From the IMG/VR virus record IMGVR_UViG_3300032307_000622, positions 32,001-96,000 of that record: a stretch of 64,000 nucleotides of DNA. The stretch is one strand, 5' to 3'. The translations under genes and the position numbers were made by a program. The notes under the pieces are model-generated. The model saw only the letters and a program-made list of their open reading frames with translations. It was not told the origin of the DNA and made no database searches. Below, one piece after another: positions 1-7,584 of this stretch. The stretch's first letter is position 1. Each line of letters begins with the position of its first letter. Source of the stretch: a virus.

Positions 1-132
1 TCGTTCTGATGTTCCATAACGAGTGTTCCATACCTCTAGGTAAGGAATAACATCTCCTTCACGCTTAGCCTTCTTCGTCACCTTAGTTAGACGCTTTGGC
101 TGAGCCTTCTTGGCCTTTGGAAATACTGCCAC
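1..132 (-). CDS. Hypothetical basic protein, runs off the window edge (MAVFPKAKKAQPKRLTK...)
   Basis: Manual translation; GTG start at 132, AAGGAG RBS, promoter at 160-188. Confidence 0.65.
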   Translation of the reverse strand, partial: MAVFPKAKKAQPKRLTKVTKKAKREGDVIPYLEVWNTRYGTSER

Positions 133-159
133 TTTTTTCTCCTTGTTGTTTATGTATTA

Positions 160-188
160 ATTGTAGACTATTCAGTTATGTTTGTCAA
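160..188 (-). promoter_or_regulatory. Sigma70/SigA-type promoter TTGACA-N17-TACAAT
   Basis: Near-consensus hexamers with a 17-nt spacer. Confidence 0.8.
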
Positions 189-193
189 TAGCT

Positions 194-448
194 TTATCCA
201 AGCAAATCATCTAGAGTTTCAAAGCCTGTGTCTTCTATCTCCATGCCAGTTAGAAAAAGATCGAAAGTTTCATTAACAAACTTTTCAGCCATTGTACTTG
301 GCTCTACGATCCTGTTTGCCAGCATGTATGCTAGGGGCAGTCCGATATCGTTATACTCAATAAAGTCCTTAAACTCTTCGTCATCACGATAGTTGAGCCA
401 GAGGTCTCCCAGTATCTCTGTCTTACTAGTAAAAGAAGTTGTTTCCAA
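194..448 (-). CDS. Hypothetical acidic protein (probable TTG start at 448; ORF extends to 514)
   Basis: ORF track; purine-rich RBS before 448. Confidence 0.7.
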   Translation of the reverse strand: METTSFTSKTEILGDLWLNYRDDEEFKDFIEYNDIGLPLAYMLANRIVEPSTMAEKFVNETFDLFLTGMEIEDTGFETLDDLLG

Positions 449-632
449 AATCTTCTTCCTCTCTCTCATACCTTGCGGCATCAGCAATTTCCATAAATCT
501 TCTATAAGTGACATTTGGTGCTGACCTTGCTATGTATTCTCCAACTTGGTCAAGGTCTAGTGTCACATTGTTTACGAGTTTAGATAATTGCTCTGCCACC
601 TTTTCATTATCGCTTTTTGTTCGCTTTCCCAA
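426..632 (-). CDS. Hypothetical protein
   Basis: ORF track; AGGAG RBS; promoter at 654-682. Confidence 0.7.
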   Translation of the reverse strand: MGKRTKSDNEKVAEQLSKLVNNVTLDLDQVGEYIARSAPNVTYRRFMEIADAARYEREEEDFGNNFFY

Positions 633-653
633 TTATACAAATCTCCTGTGCTT

Positions 654-682
654 ATTGTACCAAAAATGGTTGGGGGTGTCAA
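654..682 (-). promoter_or_regulatory. Promoter TTGACA-N17-TACAAT with extended -10 TG
   Basis: Read directly from sequence. Confidence 0.75.
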
Positions 683-758
683 GAGTGAAAGTAGGAAATC
701 TCTCAACACCCCCTCAGTGCCCAGCTACCCAACCAGGCACCTTACTAGGGAGCTAGGC
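672..758 (-). ncRNA. Candidate two-hairpin sRNA; 3' hairpin loop AUUUCCUACUUUCA is anti-RBS
   Basis: 14-bp stem needs tandem G-U pairs that form only on the minus strand; loop complements GAAAGUAGGAAA. Confidence 0.55.
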
Positions 759-775
759 TCAACCTAATAAGATTA

Positions 776-1123
776 TTAAACTACATCTTCCCAGTACTTG
801 GGCAGTTCATCGAAATACTGCTTTAGCCTATCTGACATCTTATCCCAATACTCTAGCTTGAAGCCGTGTAGGCCATACCATGTGTCAACCTCAGTCCTGA
901 AGTATTCATCCTGGTTTAAACCCAAGGCCACAATCTCCTCACCTGTTAATCTAATAGGGTCATTGCTGTACTCTTGAGAGTTACCCTCATTATACGTGTA
1001 GACATGAATGCACCAGCTAGCAGGGTCCCAATATGACTCCCCTCCAGCATCTAGCTCCTCTGGCATATAGATGTTTAAATCATAGTCAATAAGAGTCTTA
1101 TCTCTGTTCTTGTTCCTATACAT
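776..1123 (-). CDS. Hypothetical protein (probable start 1123; ORF extends to 1186)
   Basis: ORF track; start coupled to the upstream gene. Confidence 0.7.
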   Translation of the reverse strand: MYRNKNRDKTLIDYDLNIYMPEELDAGGESYWDPASWCIHVYTYNEGNSQEYSNDPIRLTGEEIVALGLNQDEYFRTEVDTWYGLHGFKLEYWDKMSDRLKQYFDELPKYWEDVV

Positions 1124-1508
1124 ACTTTGTAACATAGCCGTAGCCCTCACATTCTTGGCAGTCTGGGTCTCCCCATTCGTTGCCACGCTTCTCTAACATT
1201 TCTTCGTCTTCACTGTAGCACTCACATTCTGTTTCTACAGATAGGATAACTTCATAGTCTGTGTCATCTTGCCACGGTACCTCGCAAACATGATAACTAA
1301 TCCTATTAACCCAAGCAATACCTGCCACTAGCAGGCTAGACATGTCTCCGTCCACCCATGTCCAAACATAGTGTGGGTCTAGGGATTTGATGTACTCCCA
1401 TTCCTCACCATAGGTTTCAAAGTTGTAATTGTTGGTGGGCACGAGGTGATTTTGCTTTGGCTTGAATTCTTCTTCAAAAGCATCCCAACCTTGGATTTCT
1501 CTAAACAT
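1116..1508 (-). CDS. Hypothetical protein with C-terminal CxC...CxxCxGxG zinc-finger-like motif
   Basis: ORF track; CECY...CQECEGYG. Confidence 0.75.
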   Translation of the reverse strand: MFREIQGWDAFEEEFKPKQNHLVPTNNYNFETYGEEWEYIKSLDPHYVWTWVDGDMSSLLVAGIAWVNRISYHVCEVPWQDDTDYEVILSVETECECYSEDEEMLEKRGNEWGDPDCQECEGYGYVTKYV

Positions 1509-1532
1509 TTCCTACTCTACTTTCTACTGGGG

Positions 1533-1763
1533 TTATTTCCTAAAGACATTATAGCCTGACATACCGACTTTGTCAACAGCAGTTCTCTGAACATCCATCC
1601 AAGCAGTCTCACCAAAGAAATACTTAGGTCGCTGCCCTTCAATAACTAACTTATAAAAGTCATAGTAGCGATCAGACTCCATAACCTGGACGGTATTGTA
1701 GTGATAGATCCTGGTCCAAGTGGTATCTTTTACACTAGGCTTTTTATCAACATAAATCTGCAT
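1533..1763 (-). CDS. Hypothetical protein
   Basis: ORF track; TAATG coupling. Confidence 0.7.
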   Translation of the reverse strand: MQIYVDKKPSVKDTTWTRIYHYNTVQVMESDRYYDFYKLVIEGQRPKYFFGETAWMDVQRTAVDKVGMSGYNVFRK

Positions 1764-1867
1764 TAGACTCTCTTTCCTTTGTATAAATCTACACCAAGAC
1801 CTTTATTGATCTTCTTGCCACACCATGTACATGCTCCATAGCTATAGTAATGCATGTGTTTACTCAT
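1763..1867 (-). CDS. Small CxxC protein (MSKHMHYYSYGACTWCGKK..., 34 aa)
   Basis: Manual translation; RBS; stop overlaps the next start. Confidence 0.6.
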   Translation of the reverse strand: MSKHMHYYSYGACTWCGKKINKGLGVDLYKGKRV

Positions 1868-2003
1868 CTACTTATCTCCTAGGGTTGAAGGGTTTGATAA
1901 TCAATTATCTCAAATTCTGCGAAAAAAGTCAAGCTGTTCGTAATTCTTTTTTATCACTAACAATATTATGTAAGTTATGCTGTCGCCCCAGAATGGGGTC
2001 CTG

Positions 2004-2213
2004 TTATAGACCCCACTCCTCTGTAAAGTTATCAAGTTCAATGTGACGAACTTTGTCATCATCTCCAGCAAGGATAGCCTCAACATAGTCAAGCCTGTCC
2101 ATAGAAGACATGTCCTCTAGATTAGACCACTGCTGTTCGTTGAGGGCATTGAAGTCAAACTCCAATACGATAGAAGAGCCGTTGTATTCACCGTCATTAG
2201 TTACCCATGCCAT
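2004..2213 (-). CDS. Hypothetical acidic protein
   Basis: ORF track; GGAGG RBS. Confidence 0.7.
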   Translation of the reverse strand: MAWVTNDGEYNGSSIVLEFDFNALNEQQWSNLEDMSSMDRLDYVEAILAGDDDKVRHIELDNFTEEWGL

Positions 2214-2386
2214 TAGTCATCCTCCTGTATTCTAATTGTCGCAAGAAGTATTCCGAGAGCCTGCCGTGCTGACATTATGTCGAGAGCAGGATTGTCTATC
2301 GCATTCTTGATTGTTCTTTCTACATAGGCAATGGTGTCAACCATACCTTGCTCGTAGCCAATCTGTTCTAGTTCTGATACAGCCAT
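2213..2386 (-). CDS. Hypothetical protein (MAVSELEQIGYEQG..., 57 aa)
   Basis: Manual translation; coupled to neighbours at both ends. Confidence 0.65.
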   Translation of the reverse strand: MAVSELEQIGYEQGMVDTIAYVERTIKNAIDNPALDIMSARQALGILLATIRIQEDD

Positions 2387-2598
2387 CAGTAGTTGTCCTC
2401 GTATTTCGGTAGTTGGTCATAGGGATAGCCAATAGCACCTAGAACATTTTCATAGGCACTGATAAGGCCATTGAAATAGTCCTTAGAACTATCGTTCATG
2501 TCTAGCATGTTGTAGTGTGGCACAAGCTCATCTAGTCTTCCCAATAGATACTTTGCCAAACCGTTCATAGTTACATAGTCTGCGTCTTTACTCAACAA
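2386..2598 (-). CDS. Hypothetical protein
   Basis: ORF track; GGAGG RBS. Confidence 0.65.
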   Translation of the reverse strand: MLSKDADYVTMNGLAKYLLGRLDELVPHYNMLDMNDSSKDYFNGLISAYENVLGAIGYPYDQLPKYEDNY

Positions 2599-2722
2599 CT
2601 GTTGCCTCCCATGCTCCGTCAGGTAGATTAGCGTGATACTCTAATGCCATGTCAATAGCCTCATCTTCATCTAAGGCTTCTACTTCATACTCGCAAGTAT
2701 AAGTAACTAGATACTTCTTCAT
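2588..2722 (-). CDS. Small acidic protein (MKKYLVTYTCEYEVEALDEDEA..., 44 aa)
   Basis: Manual translation; resembles 3209-3400 and 7584-7745. Confidence 0.65.
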   Translation of the reverse strand: MKKYLVTYTCEYEVEALDEDEAIDMALEYHANLPDGAWEATVVE

Positions 2723-2817
2723 TTTACTTTCTCCAACATCTCTGCCAACTTCTTCAGTTGCTCAGGGGTAAGGTTGTTCAATATATCTTCGTTGATTAGG
2801 TTGCTATTTGTCCACAT
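2719..2817 (-). CDS. Small, probably leaderless protein (32 aa)
   Basis: ATG 7 nt after the -10 hexamer at 2825-2830; ATGA overlap with the next gene. Confidence 0.55.
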   Translation of the reverse strand: MWTNSNLINEDILNNLTPEQLKKLAEMLEKVK

Positions 2818-2824
2818 AGAAACC

Positions 2825-2847
2825 ATTGTAGCGTTAGGGTCTGACAT
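2825..2847 (-). promoter_or_regulatory. Early promoter ATGTC-N12-TACAAT
   Basis: One of 15 equally spaced copies. Confidence 0.75.
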
Positions 2848-3234
2848 TTATTCCTCGTCTTCCTCTCCAAAGAATTGTCCAATAACAGTAACAAACTTAT
2901 CAGTCTCATCATCATTGGTAAACACAGCGTTGATGAATCTCAGGGAACAAGAATCCTCATACCAAGTAAGGACTAGGTCTTTCATCGCAGCAGGGGTATC
3001 AATAATAGTCTTATCATAACCATAGCCAATCATCTTCTCAGTCTGCTTAGCATCCATGTTTAGATAAATTTTGTGACAGCCATCAAAGGATACTGAGTCT
3101 GTTTGGTACATCAGGTCATCTAGGTTTGTTTCCTGGTTTCCCTCGCATAGATTACAGAAAGGGGTACAGTCAAAGTTGCCTTCGTGATTAGGGCATTCGA
3201 TGGTGGTATCAATCATTGTCATCATCATCTTCAT
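2848..3234 (-). CDS. Hypothetical protein with N-terminal Cys/His motif
   Basis: ORF track; CPNH...CTPFCNLC; true start probably near 3213. Confidence 0.7.
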   Translation of the reverse strand: MKMMMTMIDTTIECPNHEGNFDCTPFCNLCEGNQETNLDDLMYQTDSVSFDGCHKIYLNMDAKQTEKMIGYGYDKTIIDTPAAMKDLVLTWYEDSCSLRFINAVFTNDDETDKFVTVIGQFFGEEDEE

Positions 3235-3400
3235 CCTCCTCTAGCTCCTCAACATCAATGTCATAGACACCATCATAGGTAATGTCGTTGTCCATAGAAT
3301 CTCCCCAACTAGTCCAAGCTAGCTGTTCGGCTGCCTCTGCTGATTCTGCTTCTAGCTCACCAGCAAAGTCAATACGCATCTTCACATAGTATTTGGGCAT
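3209..3400 (-). CDS. Small acidic protein
   Basis: ORF track; AGAAAGTAG RBS. Confidence 0.7.
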   Translation of the reverse strand: MPKYYVKMRIDFAGELEAESAEAAEQLAWTSWGDSMDNDITYDGVYDIDVEELEEDEDDDDND

Positions 3401-3426
3401 TTATCTACTTTCTTTAGGGTAGGTCT

Positions 3427-3449
3427 ATTATGACATGACCCTCAGACAT
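3427..3449 (-). promoter_or_regulatory. Early promoter ATGTC-N12-CATAAT
   Basis: Motif copy. Confidence 0.7.
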
Positions 3450-3553
3450 TTTGTAGTTTCTGGGAAAAAAGTTATGCGGTCGTAATTATTTTTTTATCTT
3501 AATCTATATGATTATTGAAAACCTGGGCGGCTCAATTTCGATCCATGAATGGA

Positions 3554-3580
3554 GGGCAGTTTATACTCATGCCCAGGAGT
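3554..3580 (-). ncRNA. Compact H-type pseudoknot, copy 1 (ACUC CU GGGCA U GAGU AUAAAC UGCCC)
   Basis: Covarying stems across 4 copies. Confidence 0.65.
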
Positions 3581-3585
3581 GTTGC

Positions 3586-4590
3586 TTAGTTAGCTAAAAC
3601 CAACTGAAGCAGTCTGTTCTTTTCAGCAGTTGTCACTGGGTCAAAACCAGAAGCAGCTGCTAGGATAGATTCGTTAGAACCACCACGAGCAGAGCGGTAC
3701 CAGTCTAGTCTTTCAGTTAGAGCGTTGAAAGCTCCCCACTTAGTTCCAGCGATTGTGTTGTTATACTCACCAACATAGATTGCGTTGATTAGGTCAATCT
3801 TATCGTTGTGCTTTTTGAATGAGCCCTTAGAGTCTTTTTCTGGGGCAGGGTAAGCGAGTTCAACAATCTTGTCAAACTGTGCCTTGGTGATTTCAGTTTC
3901 AATCATAGCCTTAGCCATCTCATCAAACTTATCCATGTAAGCGTTAGCCAAACCAAGAGCCTCTCTAGCTTGCTGAACTTTGCCAGAAGCTGTTGCGGTG
4001 TGTCTAATCTTGAATGACTGCTTGACACTTCCACCTCTGCCACGATTACCAAGAGCAAGGTTTAGAGTGTTAGCACATACAACACGAACTGGTGTGATAC
4101 TAGCTTGAATGGCAACAGAACCATCATGGCTAGTGTTGATTAGAAGATAAGTGTTTACCTTATCAGACACGCCGTTAGGGTCTAGGATAGTCTCACGCTC
4201 AAGAGCAAGAGAACCAAAAACCTGTCTGCCACCCTTGATAGAGCCAGCAGTCTCCCAACGACCTCCGCCATCTAGCATCAGGTCTCCGAAATCAAACAAG
4301 TCTTCATTCTGAAGCGGAACATAACGCTCACCAACTACGCCAAGAACATCATTTTGTTCTGAGTTGAATGGGTTAGTTCTAGTTACGAATGAGTAACCCT
4401 TGTCTGAAGCAAAACCATCAGGAATTGCTACATCTTCCAAGCGAACATTCCAGTTAGACAAGTGTGCCAAGTCTAGCATCTCTGCTGTGGTTACTTCCTT
4501 GTCAAAGACTGTGCCTAGCCCATGCCAAGCTGGCTGGCGAAGGGAAGCAAAAGCGGTCTGTCCGTTTACGGTCTCTAGCTCATGTGCCAT
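3586..4590 (-). CDS. DUF932/DUF945 family phage/plasmid protein
   Basis: MAHELE...AWHGLG N-terminus, Y..LQNE, WETAGS..GG, SHDGS, TPVRVVCANTL motifs. Confidence 0.9.
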   Translation of the reverse strand: MAHELETVNGQTAFASLRQPAWHGLGTVFDKEVTTAEMLDLAHLSNWNVRLEDVAIPDGFASDKGYSFVTRTNPFNSEQNDVLGVVGERYVPLQNEDLFDFGDLMLDGGGRWETAGSIKGGRQVFGSLALERETILDPNGVSDKVNTYLLINTSHDGSVAIQASITPVRVVCANTLNLALGNRGRGGSVKQSFKIRHTATASGKVQQAREALGLANAYMDKFDEMAKAMIETEITKAQFDKIVELAYPAPEKDSKGSFKKHNDKIDLINAIYVGEYNNTIAGTKWGAFNALTERLDWYRSARGGSNESILAAASGFDPVTTAEKNRLLQLVLAN

Positions 4591-4628
4591 GTTTTTCTAC
4601 TTTCTGTTAGGGGATTTCTAATAATCTA

Positions 4629-4657
4629 ATTATAGGGTTACCCTCCGACATTGTCAA
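4629..4657 (-). promoter_or_regulatory. Perfect TTGACA-N17-TATAAT promoter containing the ATGTC box
   Basis: Read directly from sequence. Confidence 0.9.
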
Positions 4658-4781
4658 GGATTCAGGGCAAAATAATTAATCTTCGTAAATAACAGTTTGG
4701 TAACAAAATGGGGGCCGCCCAAATCCACCCACTCAGTATTTGTGATCACGAGATCTTCAGCTTTTGTGTGGGTGGCTGGGT

Positions 4782-4808
4782 GAGCAGTTTAGCGACATAC
4801 TCAGGTCG
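4782..4808 (-). ncRNA. Compact H-type pseudoknot, copy 2
   Basis: CGAC CU GAGUA U GUCG CUAAAC UGCUC; U-G wobble fixes the strand. Confidence 0.65.
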
Positions 4809-4817
4809 TTTGTCTGT

Positions 4818-5264
4818 TTAGATAAGTTCCATTACAGACGAGTAAGATGAAGCAGAAACTTCCTCTTGCGTAGTCATACGAAGCACCTTGAGATTACGCT
4901 CTAGGATTTCCTTACGAGTTGAGTGTTCCCTACCAAACCACTCACGCTGGTTAGGCTTGCTTGGCTCAGTTGGCTTCTCTCCCAACCCAATTAGTTCTGG
5001 GTCTAGGACAAGTTCCAGCCTACCATTGTAGTTGGTTGAGATACGAATAACGCTATCGTAGTCATAACCAATCTTGGCAGAGTTGTTCTTGAGATACTCA
5101 GAAACAGCACTAGCAACCTTCTTCTTGTATTCCTCAGTTGCCAACTCATACTGCTTACGCTCATCTGCGTAGTTTGCTACTGCCTCGTCAATCTTCGCAA
5201 TAGACTTCTCAATGTCTGCGATTAGAACGGATACAGGGATTTTTACGGACATAGTTCTAGCCAT
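4818..5264 (-). CDS. Hypothetical coiled-coil protein
   Basis: ORF track; AGAAAGTAG RBS; own promoter. Confidence 0.8.
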   Translation of the reverse strand: MARTMSVKIPVSVLIADIEKSIAKIDEAVANYADERKQYELATEEYKKKVASAVSEYLKNNSAKIGYDYDSVIRISTNYNGRLELVLDPELIGLGEKPTEPSKPNQREWFGREHSTRKEILERNLKVLRMTTQEEVSASSYSSVMELI

Positions 5265-5296
5265 AATTTATTTCTACTTTCTTTCAGGGTAATTAC

Positions 5297-5319
5297 ATTA
5301 TACATAGGGGGTAGGACAT
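5297..5319 (-). promoter_or_regulatory. Early promoter ATGTC-N12-TATAAT
   Basis: Motif copy. Confidence 0.8.
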
Positions 5320-5334
5320 TTATTTAGTTGTGGT

Positions 5335-5363
5335 GAGCAGTTTATCTTGACTTGCTCAGGTCA
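5335..5363 (-). ncRNA. Compact H-type pseudoknot, copy 3
   Basis: UGAC CU GAGCA A GUCA AGAUAAAC UGCUC. Confidence 0.65.
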
Positions 5364-5373
5364 GAGGAGGTGA

Positions 5374-5520
5374 TTACTTTACAGTAGTCCAGCGAGGCTG
5401 TCCGTTTACATCAAGGCGAACACGAGCAGAGCCACTAGGGTTCTTTACGATTTCCTTGATAGTTCCAACGACACCAGACTTAGCGGTGGTGAACTGTGAG
5501 CCAACAGTTAGATTTACCAT
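5374..5520 (-). CDS. Small basic beta-rich protein (MVNLTVGSQFTTAKSGVVG..., 48 aa)
   Basis: Manual translation; AAGGAAG RBS; own promoter. Confidence 0.75.
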   Translation of the reverse strand: MVNLTVGSQFTTAKSGVVGTIKEIVKNPSGSARVRLDVNGQPRWTTVK

Positions 5521-5584
5521 TTTGCTTCCTTTTCCGCCCCAGAGGGACTGTTTTGATTTATTACCAACCTTTGTTGATAGGTCT

Positions 5585-5613
5585 ATTGTAGCCTAACCCT
5601 CCGACATTATCAA
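5585..5613 (-). promoter_or_regulatory. Early promoter TTGATA-ATGTC-N12-TACAAT
   Basis: Motif copy. Confidence 0.8.
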
Positions 5614-5688
5614 GCATTGTTTTATAACATTTCTGGGGAAAATTGTTATACTTCGTAACTTGACAAAATGTTGATCTTGGGGCGACAC

Positions 5689-5718
5689 AAAACCCCCAGG
5701 ATGTCAAGTCCCAGGGGT
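5689..5718 (-). terminator. Intrinsic terminator after the 5726 gene
   Basis: CCCCUGGGA/UCCUGGGGG stem followed by UUUU. Confidence 0.6.
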
Positions 5719-5725
5719 AGTGTGT

Positions 5726-6274
5726 TTAGACTGCTTGTTCTTCTTTGAGGTACGAGTATACTCCGCACTTTGCTCTCTCACAATAGTCCTCATTAGTTAT
5801 CTCACGGACCTCTTGGAAAGTCAGAGTCAAAGTATTGTCTCCGTAGGTTGTAGCAAAGGTTTGGTTATCAAGATTTATGATGTAGATACCCTCACAGAAT
5901 AAATCATCATTCTTGAACTCTGGGTCTAGCACTAGCGGCACAGGGTCAGTAGCGTTGACAATTACCTCAAGAATACCAGCACCAGTATCTCTAGTTAGGC
6001 TAGGATAGTCCTTACTAAACCTCTCGCCATCTTCCAGACTTCCCATACCATCTTCTCTAAAGTAGTTGGCATAGATTTTCTTTAGCTCCTCATCACTTGC
6101 CTGATAGGTCAGGTGTAGGTCAAAGTTTTTCTCTAGCTTTTCGATGTTCGTTGGCTTAGACAAAAAGTTTACAATAGTGATACCCTGCCCACTTGGATAG
6201 TGGTCCCATTGACCATACTGGGCTACTACTGTCTTTCCGTTGTAAATTACCTCTGTAATTCCTCTAGTTCCCAT
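5726..6274 (-). CDS. Conserved phage hypothetical protein (MGTRG...QYGQWDHYPSGQG)
   Basis: ORF track; ATG at 6274 after GAAAGTAGG RBS. Confidence 0.8.
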   Translation of the reverse strand: MGTRGITEVIYNGKTVVAQYGQWDHYPSGQGITIVNFLSKPTNIEKLEKNFDLHLTYQASDEELKKIYANYFREDGMGSLEDGERFSKDYPSLTRDTGAGILEVIVNATDPVPLVLDPEFKNDDLFCEGIYIINLDNQTFATTYGDNTLTLTFQEVREITNEDYCERAKCGVYSYLKEEQAV

Positions 6275-6302
6275 TTTCCTACTTTCTTTTGTTGGTGAGA
6301 TT

Positions 6303-6325
6303 ATTATACATTGGGGGTCAGACAT
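6303..6325 (-). promoter_or_regulatory. Early promoter ATGTC-N12-TATAAT
   Basis: Motif copy. Confidence 0.8.
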
Positions 6326-6380
6326 TTAGGTTCTTAATTCGTAACTGTTATAAAGCTGTGATCTGGGCCGCCCTAAAGGT

Positions 6381-6463
6381 GGCCAGTTTTTCGTCATGGC
6401 CAGGACGTGGTCCACATGTTAGAAAGGATAAGAAGTGTGGACCATCTTGCCCCTATGCAAGAT
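6381..6463 (-). ncRNA. Candidate sRNA: short hairpin, anti-RBS hairpin (loop CUUCUUAUCCUUUCUAACA) and pseudoknot copy 4 (6381-6407)
   Basis: Perfect 7-bp and 9-bp stems abutting CGUC CU GGCCA U GACG AAAAAC UGGCC. Confidence 0.6.
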
Positions 6464-6535
6464 CTATTTTCTGGAATATACAAATATGAGACATGCTATT
6501 CCTAGGAAGTACAGAGCCCAGTGATACAGCTCCAT
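6464..6535 (-). CDS. 23-aa single-TM peptide MELYHWALYFLGIACLIFVYSRK
   Basis: TAATG coupling to the upstream gene; hydrophobic. Confidence 0.5.
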   Translation of the reverse strand: MELYHWALYFLGIACLIFVYSRK

Positions 6536-7254
6536 TACTTTTTACTCGCACTAAACAATATGTCATTGCGAGCAAATACGCATTGTCCGCAGGTAACGCA
6601 GGCGGAACCCTTGTCGCTAATTAGCGGAAGTTTCTTAGCATTCTCAGGGCACGGTATTGCAGACTTGACGGTGATAGACAACATCCGCTCTTTACCGCTA
6701 GCAAAATTGTTAGCAAGATATGCAAGCTTTACGCCACTATCTTTCTTTAGCTTTTCTGCCAGCTGCCAGTTGTCATCATCAGTTGAGAAGTATAGTGCAA
6801 GGTTGTCAACATCGCTAAGAATTGGAACAGCAAAATCTGACCTCGTGTATACCCAGAATTGAATTTGGGGGAATGCCTTGATTACATTCTTCCAGGCCTT
6901 AGTATAGTCTTCACTAAAGAAGTCACCATCCCAGTGAATTCGAAACAGCTTTTCTGCATTACGCTTGTCACAATCTTTCTCAAACTCTTGAATCATTTGA
7001 TAAATTAGAATTTCCATTTCCAATTCATCTGCATTACGTAGCAGGTCCCAATTGTTTATGAGAACAGCTTTTACGCCCTTGTAGACTTTTTCGAGCTTGC
7101 CTGCATAACAGACTTTCTCGCATACACTTGTTGCTCCAGGGCAGGAATAAGCTTTCCCTGAAGGAAGGCCAAAAGTGTTCGCAATAGTTGGCGTTTTACC
7201 ATTTGGAGAGACTGCATTAGTTACCTTTCGGTCTTTAGAACGGATTAGGGGCAT
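6535..7254 (-). CDS. Gp88-family protein (radical-SAM-like Cys motif)
   Basis: CPGATSVCEKVCYA, FRIHWDGDFF, WVYTRS, CP...CVTCGQC; start 7254 after GAAAGGA. Confidence 0.8.
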   Translation of the reverse strand: MPLIRSKDRKVTNAVSPNGKTPTIANTFGLPSGKAYSCPGATSVCEKVCYAGKLEKVYKGVKAVLINNWDLLRNADELEMEILIYQMIQEFEKDCDKRNAEKLFRIHWDGDFFSEDYTKAWKNVIKAFPQIQFWVYTRSDFAVPILSDVDNLALYFSTDDDNWQLAEKLKKDSGVKLAYLANNFASGKERMLSITVKSAIPCPENAKKLPLISDKGSACVTCGQCVFARNDILFSASKK

Positions 7255-7276
7255 TAGGGGTCCTTTCAACAGTTAT

Positions 7277-7299
7277 ACTATAGCAGGGGGTACCGACAT
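7277..7299 (-). promoter_or_regulatory. Early promoter ATGTC-N12-TATAGT
   Basis: Motif copy. Confidence 0.75.
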
Positions 7300-7584
7300 C
7301 TATAGCTCTTCGTAGTATACCCAACCATCTAAGTGGTGAGCCTCTATGATAGCGTGAACAGGGGCAGCGGTAAGTCCTCTATAGCCAATACCCTCAGGAA
7401 GTCCAACTAACTTATCAAACTCACCCTCATTAGCTAAGTCAATAGCCTGAATACAAACAGGTACCATAGACTTAGGTACAGGGGGGAAGTGATTAGAAGT
7501 TAGGTGCCACTCAATAGCTTGCTCTAGTGTAATTGAACCAATCTCAGCTAGCTCTCTAAATTCTGTTGCGTGTAGTGAACCCAT
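7300..7584 (-). CDS. Hypothetical protein (HLTSNHFPPVP...HHLD)
   Basis: ORF track; ATG 7584 coupled to the upstream gene. Confidence 0.75.
   Translation of the reverse strand: MGSLHATEFRELAEIGSITLEQAIEWHLTSNHFPPVPKSMVPVCIQAIDLANEGEFDKLVGLPEGIGYRGLTAAPVHAIIEAHHLDGWVYYEEL

Noticed and set aside
4146-4154. GACACGCCG inside the DUF932 gene
   Set aside because: It has no adjacent TGTCAA and lies in coding sequence; probably chance
3554-6407. Pseudoknots as preQ1 or SAM-II riboswitches, or as frameshift signals
   Set aside because: They lack the ligand-binding consensus I know, lie in 3' UTRs and have no slippery site or overlapping ORF
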